From: an uncultured Gemmatimonadaceae bacterium
GTDB taxonomy: Bacteria; Gemmatimonadota; Gemmatimonadetes; Gemmatimonadales; GWC2-71-9
Direction: 5' to 3'
Assembly: GCA_964465315.1 (NCBI GenBank)
Contig: CAYXIK010000001.1
Coordinates: 172,479 to 236,478, forward strand
Length of the DNA: 64,000 nucleotides
The notes under the pieces were generated by a model. It did no database searches. It was not told the origin of the DNA and saw nothing but the letters and a program-made list of their open reading frames with translations. Below, piece after piece: positions 61,612 through 64,000 of this stretch. The position numbers were made by a program, and so were the translations under genes. Each line of letters opens with the position of its first letter. Position 1 is the first letter of the stretch.

Positions 61612-62186
61612 TCACGAGTGCCCCCGAGTGATGCCGCGCGTATCCAGGATCATCATCTTCTGCCAGATCTTCCGCCACAGCCCCGTAGTGAGGTTTTCCA
61701 CGTCGTTCACGGCCTCGAGGACCACGGCGTCCTGAAAATCCTGCACGTATAGCGTAGCTACCTTACTCGTCAGCGACAGCATTTCGGTGCAGTAGTCCAG
61801 GTAGCCTGAGAGCTCGAAGCGCATCGTAGTGGGGCGCGGGGACGACTCGGCGGTCACGCGCTCCGCCAGGAATTGATCCGCGTCCTTCGCGAGCTGATGC
61901 ATGTCCACGAGGTGCGCGATGCTCCGTAGCTCGTGGAGGGCGTCGAGCGTGCGGCGGCGACGGATCCGCGTCTCGGCGTTCGCGAGGAACAGCACGGCGA
62001 CCCCGAGGAACACGACGTTCTGAATAGCCTGCGAGGATTGCGGGAAGTTGGCGCGGTTTCCGTCGCGGCCGAGAGCAGATCGTCGCACACACCCGTTAGC
62101 CCGGACTCCGGAAAACGCTCGTCGATGCGAAGGCGCAGACGCCGGATGGTCTCGATGATCTGCGCCCCGTCGAGGTAGCGATACAT
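61612..62186 (-). pseudogene. Conserved-looking hypothetical gene interrupted by an apparent -1 frameshift
   Basis: ATG 62186 (TGATG overlap with the upstream stop) opens MYRYLDGAQIIETIRRLRLRIDERFPESGLTGVCDDLLS in one frame. The protein-like sequence continues in the -1 frame as ORF 61612..62088 (…ALGRDGNRANFPQSSQAIQNVVFLGVAV…HELRSIAHLVDMHQLAKD…). The 575-nt span is not a multiple of 3. Confidence 0.45.
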
Positions 62187-62737
62187 CAGGGCAAGAGGTC
62201 CGCCGGAATGGGGTGGGCGGCGTCTTCCTCGGACCAGATGGCCGAGGCTACCCACCAGCGCGTGCCATCCCAGAAGAGCTGCAAGGCATTCACGCCCCGG
62301 CCTTGCACAGGCCCGTCCGCGGTGCGGTGCTCCTCGTACGTGCTGAACACCTGCACGATATTGCCGTACGCGCGGGTCACTCGATGGATCTCGCGCTCGA
62401 AGAAGCCGTCGTGCACCATCGCGGAGTCGGATCCGTCCACGAACGCCTGATGGTCCATCACCCGTGCGTAAGGCCGCTCCTTGGCGAACCCGGTCGCGAC
62501 GAACCGAAGGTCGGGGATGTACAGCGAGCGGTCGCGGGACCACTGGCGCGGCTCGCCCGCCGGCCCGCTGATCACGTCATAGTACGCCTTGACGACGCCA
62601 TCCACGCTGGCCACGTCGGCGGCGCGCGGGGCGACCGTCGGGACGCTCACGTGGCGGCGGGCGGGAGTCTGGGCGGCGAGCGACGCGGGAAGGGCCAAGA
62701 ACGCGAGCAGCGAGCGGAGCAATGCAGGTCGGGACAT
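62186..62737 (-). CDS. Exported NTF2/SnoaL-like (DUF4440-like) protein
   Basis: I trimmed ORF 62186..62986 to ATG 62737. Signal peptide LLAFLALPASLAAQ. VVKAYYDVISG ... LQLFWDGTRWWVASAIW is the pattern of NTF2-like folds. Confidence 0.6.
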   Translation of the reverse strand: MSRPALLRSLLAFLALPASLAAQTPARRHVSVPTVAPRAADVASVDGVVKAYYDVISGPAGEPRQWSRDRSLYIPDLRFVATGFAKERPYARVMDHQAFVDGSDSAMVHDGFFEREIHRVTRAYGNIVQVFSTYEEHRTADGPVQGRGVNALQLFWDGTRWWVASAIWSEEDAAHPIPADLLP

Positions 62738-62771
62738 GGCGTCTCCGGATGAGTGAGGGAGCTGAGCTAAC

Positions 62772-64000
62772 CTATTGAAGCCCGATCGCCACGCCCAGCC
62801 CGATGGCACCCGCGCCCAAGGCCAGAAGGCCGAGCAGGAGCGGGAGGGCGAAGCGCAGCCACTCTTCGTAGCGCACCTGGGCCGCGGCGAGGATCGCCAT
62901 GAGGGCGCCGTTCGTCGGGGTGAACAGCTCGCAGAGGCCGCCGCCATACTGGTAGGCGAGGACCGTGACCTGGCGCGACAGGCCAAGCAGGTCGGCGACC
63001 GGCACGAGAATCGGCAGGGTGAGCACGGCGTGCCCGCTGGGACTGGGCACGGGGACGTGCACGAGCGCGTGAACGATCATCATTCCGAGCGCGGCGAACG
63101 CGAGCGGCACGTGGGCGAGAGGCGTAAAGAGACCGTGCACGATCGTGTCCACGATCCGCCCCTCATCGAGCGTCACGAAAATGGCGCGCGCAAAGCCGAT
63201 GAGCAGGGCGGCATACGCCATCGAGCGGAAGCCCGTCACGAACGCCTCCGCCGTACCGCCCACGCCGAGCCCACCCGCTAGCCCCGCCACCACGCCCATC
63301 ACGAAGAAGAGCGCCGCCATCTCGTTGAACCCCCAGCCGGCGCGGAGCACGCCGACCACCAGCGCACCGAAGGTCACCAGCACGAGTAGGAGCACGGCGG
63401 CGCGGCGGGCGTCCAGCGTCGCGGTGCCTGGTGCATCGCTTGTCGCGGGAGCCGGGTCCGCGCGAGTCCGGACGGCGTATCGCACCGTTCCCCAGATCCA
63501 TAAGGCCAATGCGCTGGTGAGGAACGCCACCCGGAACATCCACCCGGAGAGGAGCTGGAGCTGTGCCAGCTGTTGGGCGATGCCGACCTGAAAGGGGTTG
63601 ATGGGACTGAACGCCGCGCCGACCGCGGCGGCACCGAGGCTCATCGAAACCGCGACGGTCGGCCGAAATCCGAGTCGCCGCGCGAGCAGGATCATCACCG
63701 GGACGAGCGCGATGATCTCTTCTTTCATGTTGTCGAGTACGCCGCCCAGTGCGAAAGCCAGGGATGCCACCGGGATGACCAGTGCCTCGGAGTGTCCGAA
63801 GCGCCTTACCAGCCAGTCCACACCCCGCCGCAGCGCGCCGGTTTCGTCCACCACCGTGAATGCGCCACCGATCAGGAAGACGAAGAAGATCACCGCCGCG
63901 GCATCCGCCATGCCCCGCGGGATCGCGACCAGGGCTTGAAATGCCCCGACGGGGCGCGGGGGAACGGCGTGATAAGTCCCCGCGACCACCACCCGTCGGG
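62772..64000 (-). CDS. YfcC/DcuC-family polytopic carrier, C-terminal part; gene runs off the right edge
   Basis: ORF 62772..63992 is still open at the window edge. FFVFLIGGAFTVVDETGALRRGVDWLVRRF and many TM segments resemble the YfcC (C4-dicarboxylate anaerobic carrier-like) family. Confidence 0.65.
   Translation of the reverse strand, partial: RRVVVAGTYHAVPPRPVGAFQALVAIPRGMADAAAVIFFVFLIGGAFTVVDETGALRRGVDWLVRRFGHSEALVIPVASLAFALGGVLDNMKEEIIALVPVMILLARRLGFRPTVAVSMSLGAAAVGAAFSPINPFQVGIAQQLAQLQLLSGWMFRVAFLTSALALWIWGTVRYAVRTRADPAPATSDAPGTATLDARRAAVLLLVLVTFGALVVGVLRAGWGFNEMAALFFVMGVVAGLAGGLGVGGTAEAFVTGFRSMAYAALLIGFARAIFVTLDEGRIVDTIVHGLFTPLAHVPLAFAALGMMIVHALVHVPVPSPSGHAVLTLPILVPVADLLGLSRQVTVLAYQYGGGLCELFTPTNGALMAILAAAQVRYEEWLRFALPLLLGLLALGAGAIGLGVAIGLQ

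Noticed and set aside
62070-62100. Programmed -1 ribosomal frameshift in the split gene 61612..62186
   Set aside because: The junction has no X-XXY-YYZ slippery heptamer and no obvious downstream pseudoknot or hairpin. An indel, whether a mutation or an assembly error, is the simpler explanation.
1-64000. CRISPR arrays, tRNA/rRNA/tmRNA genes, integrases, transposases, prophage or toxin-antitoxin modules
   Set aside because: Apart from two gaps of 336 and 210 bp, which are explained as duplicated leaders, the largest intergenic gap is about 120 bp. Apart from the three GGAAGGTT units and the in-gene repeats, I saw no direct-repeat/spacer periodicity, and no recombinase-like ORFs. This was a visual scan only, so small structured RNAs could have been missed.

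Overview
The window is a very GC-rich, gene-dense bacterial chromosome segment. I call about 65 protein genes, most of them in long same-strand runs with 1-nt or 4-nt start/stop overlaps (ATGA, GTGA, TTGA, TGATG). Gene content suggests a soil Gemmatimonadota- or Acidobacteriota-like organism, but that is inference only. By eye I found no rRNA, tRNA, CRISPR array, integrase, transposase or phage genes. Most long ORFs in the six-frame track are GC-driven antisense or read-through artefacts, and I trimmed many N-terminal extensions to starts that have a Shine-Dalgarno or overlap the upstream stop.

Gene content from left to right:
- 1-9502 (-): an envelope block with a GT-C glycosyltransferase, AsnB, an HD hydrolase, a PLD/cardiolipin-synthase-like protein, an ECF sigma, an anti-sigma, an LTXXQ (Spy/CpxP-like) protein, and then a TolC-like / ABC ATPase / membrane-fusion efflux set.
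- 9569-18790 (+): small stress-type proteins (TPR, bPH, DinB, DUF1697, TfoX-N) and an ECF42-type DGPF + sigma-TPR module with its TGTCGA-N17-CGAC promoter, followed by a lipoprotein, a PRTase-like protein and a serine hydrolase.
- 18812-23737 (-): a cluster of exported hydrolases and DUF2911 proteins.
- 23754-30664 (-): a coupled PolX / Nth / M20 / thioredoxin-like (DUF255) / AKR / cyclophilin string.
- 31628-34695 (+): an ABC importer with no binding-protein gene.
- 36204-40923 (+): a dedicated ECF-type transporter plus a HEAT-repeat protein.
- 41239-47644 (-): a peptide-uptake and catabolism cluster.
- 47723-49120 (-): two tandem secreted polyproline paralogues.
- 49331-64000: an acyl-CoA dehydrogenase, an NfeD/SPFH pair, an RND tripartite pump, Hsp15, and a partial YfcC-family carrier at the right edge.

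I see no canonical defence or mobile system. The best candidates for something undescribed are:
1. The ECF-type transporter. Its two ATPases have complementary motif losses, which predicts one dead and one live nucleotide site.
2. The tandem pair of Cys-rich secreted proteins with 17-Pro and 8-Pro spacers. Both carry a conserved structured 5' leader that contains an anti-SD-like element.

All family names come from motifs I recognised by eye. No database search was run.
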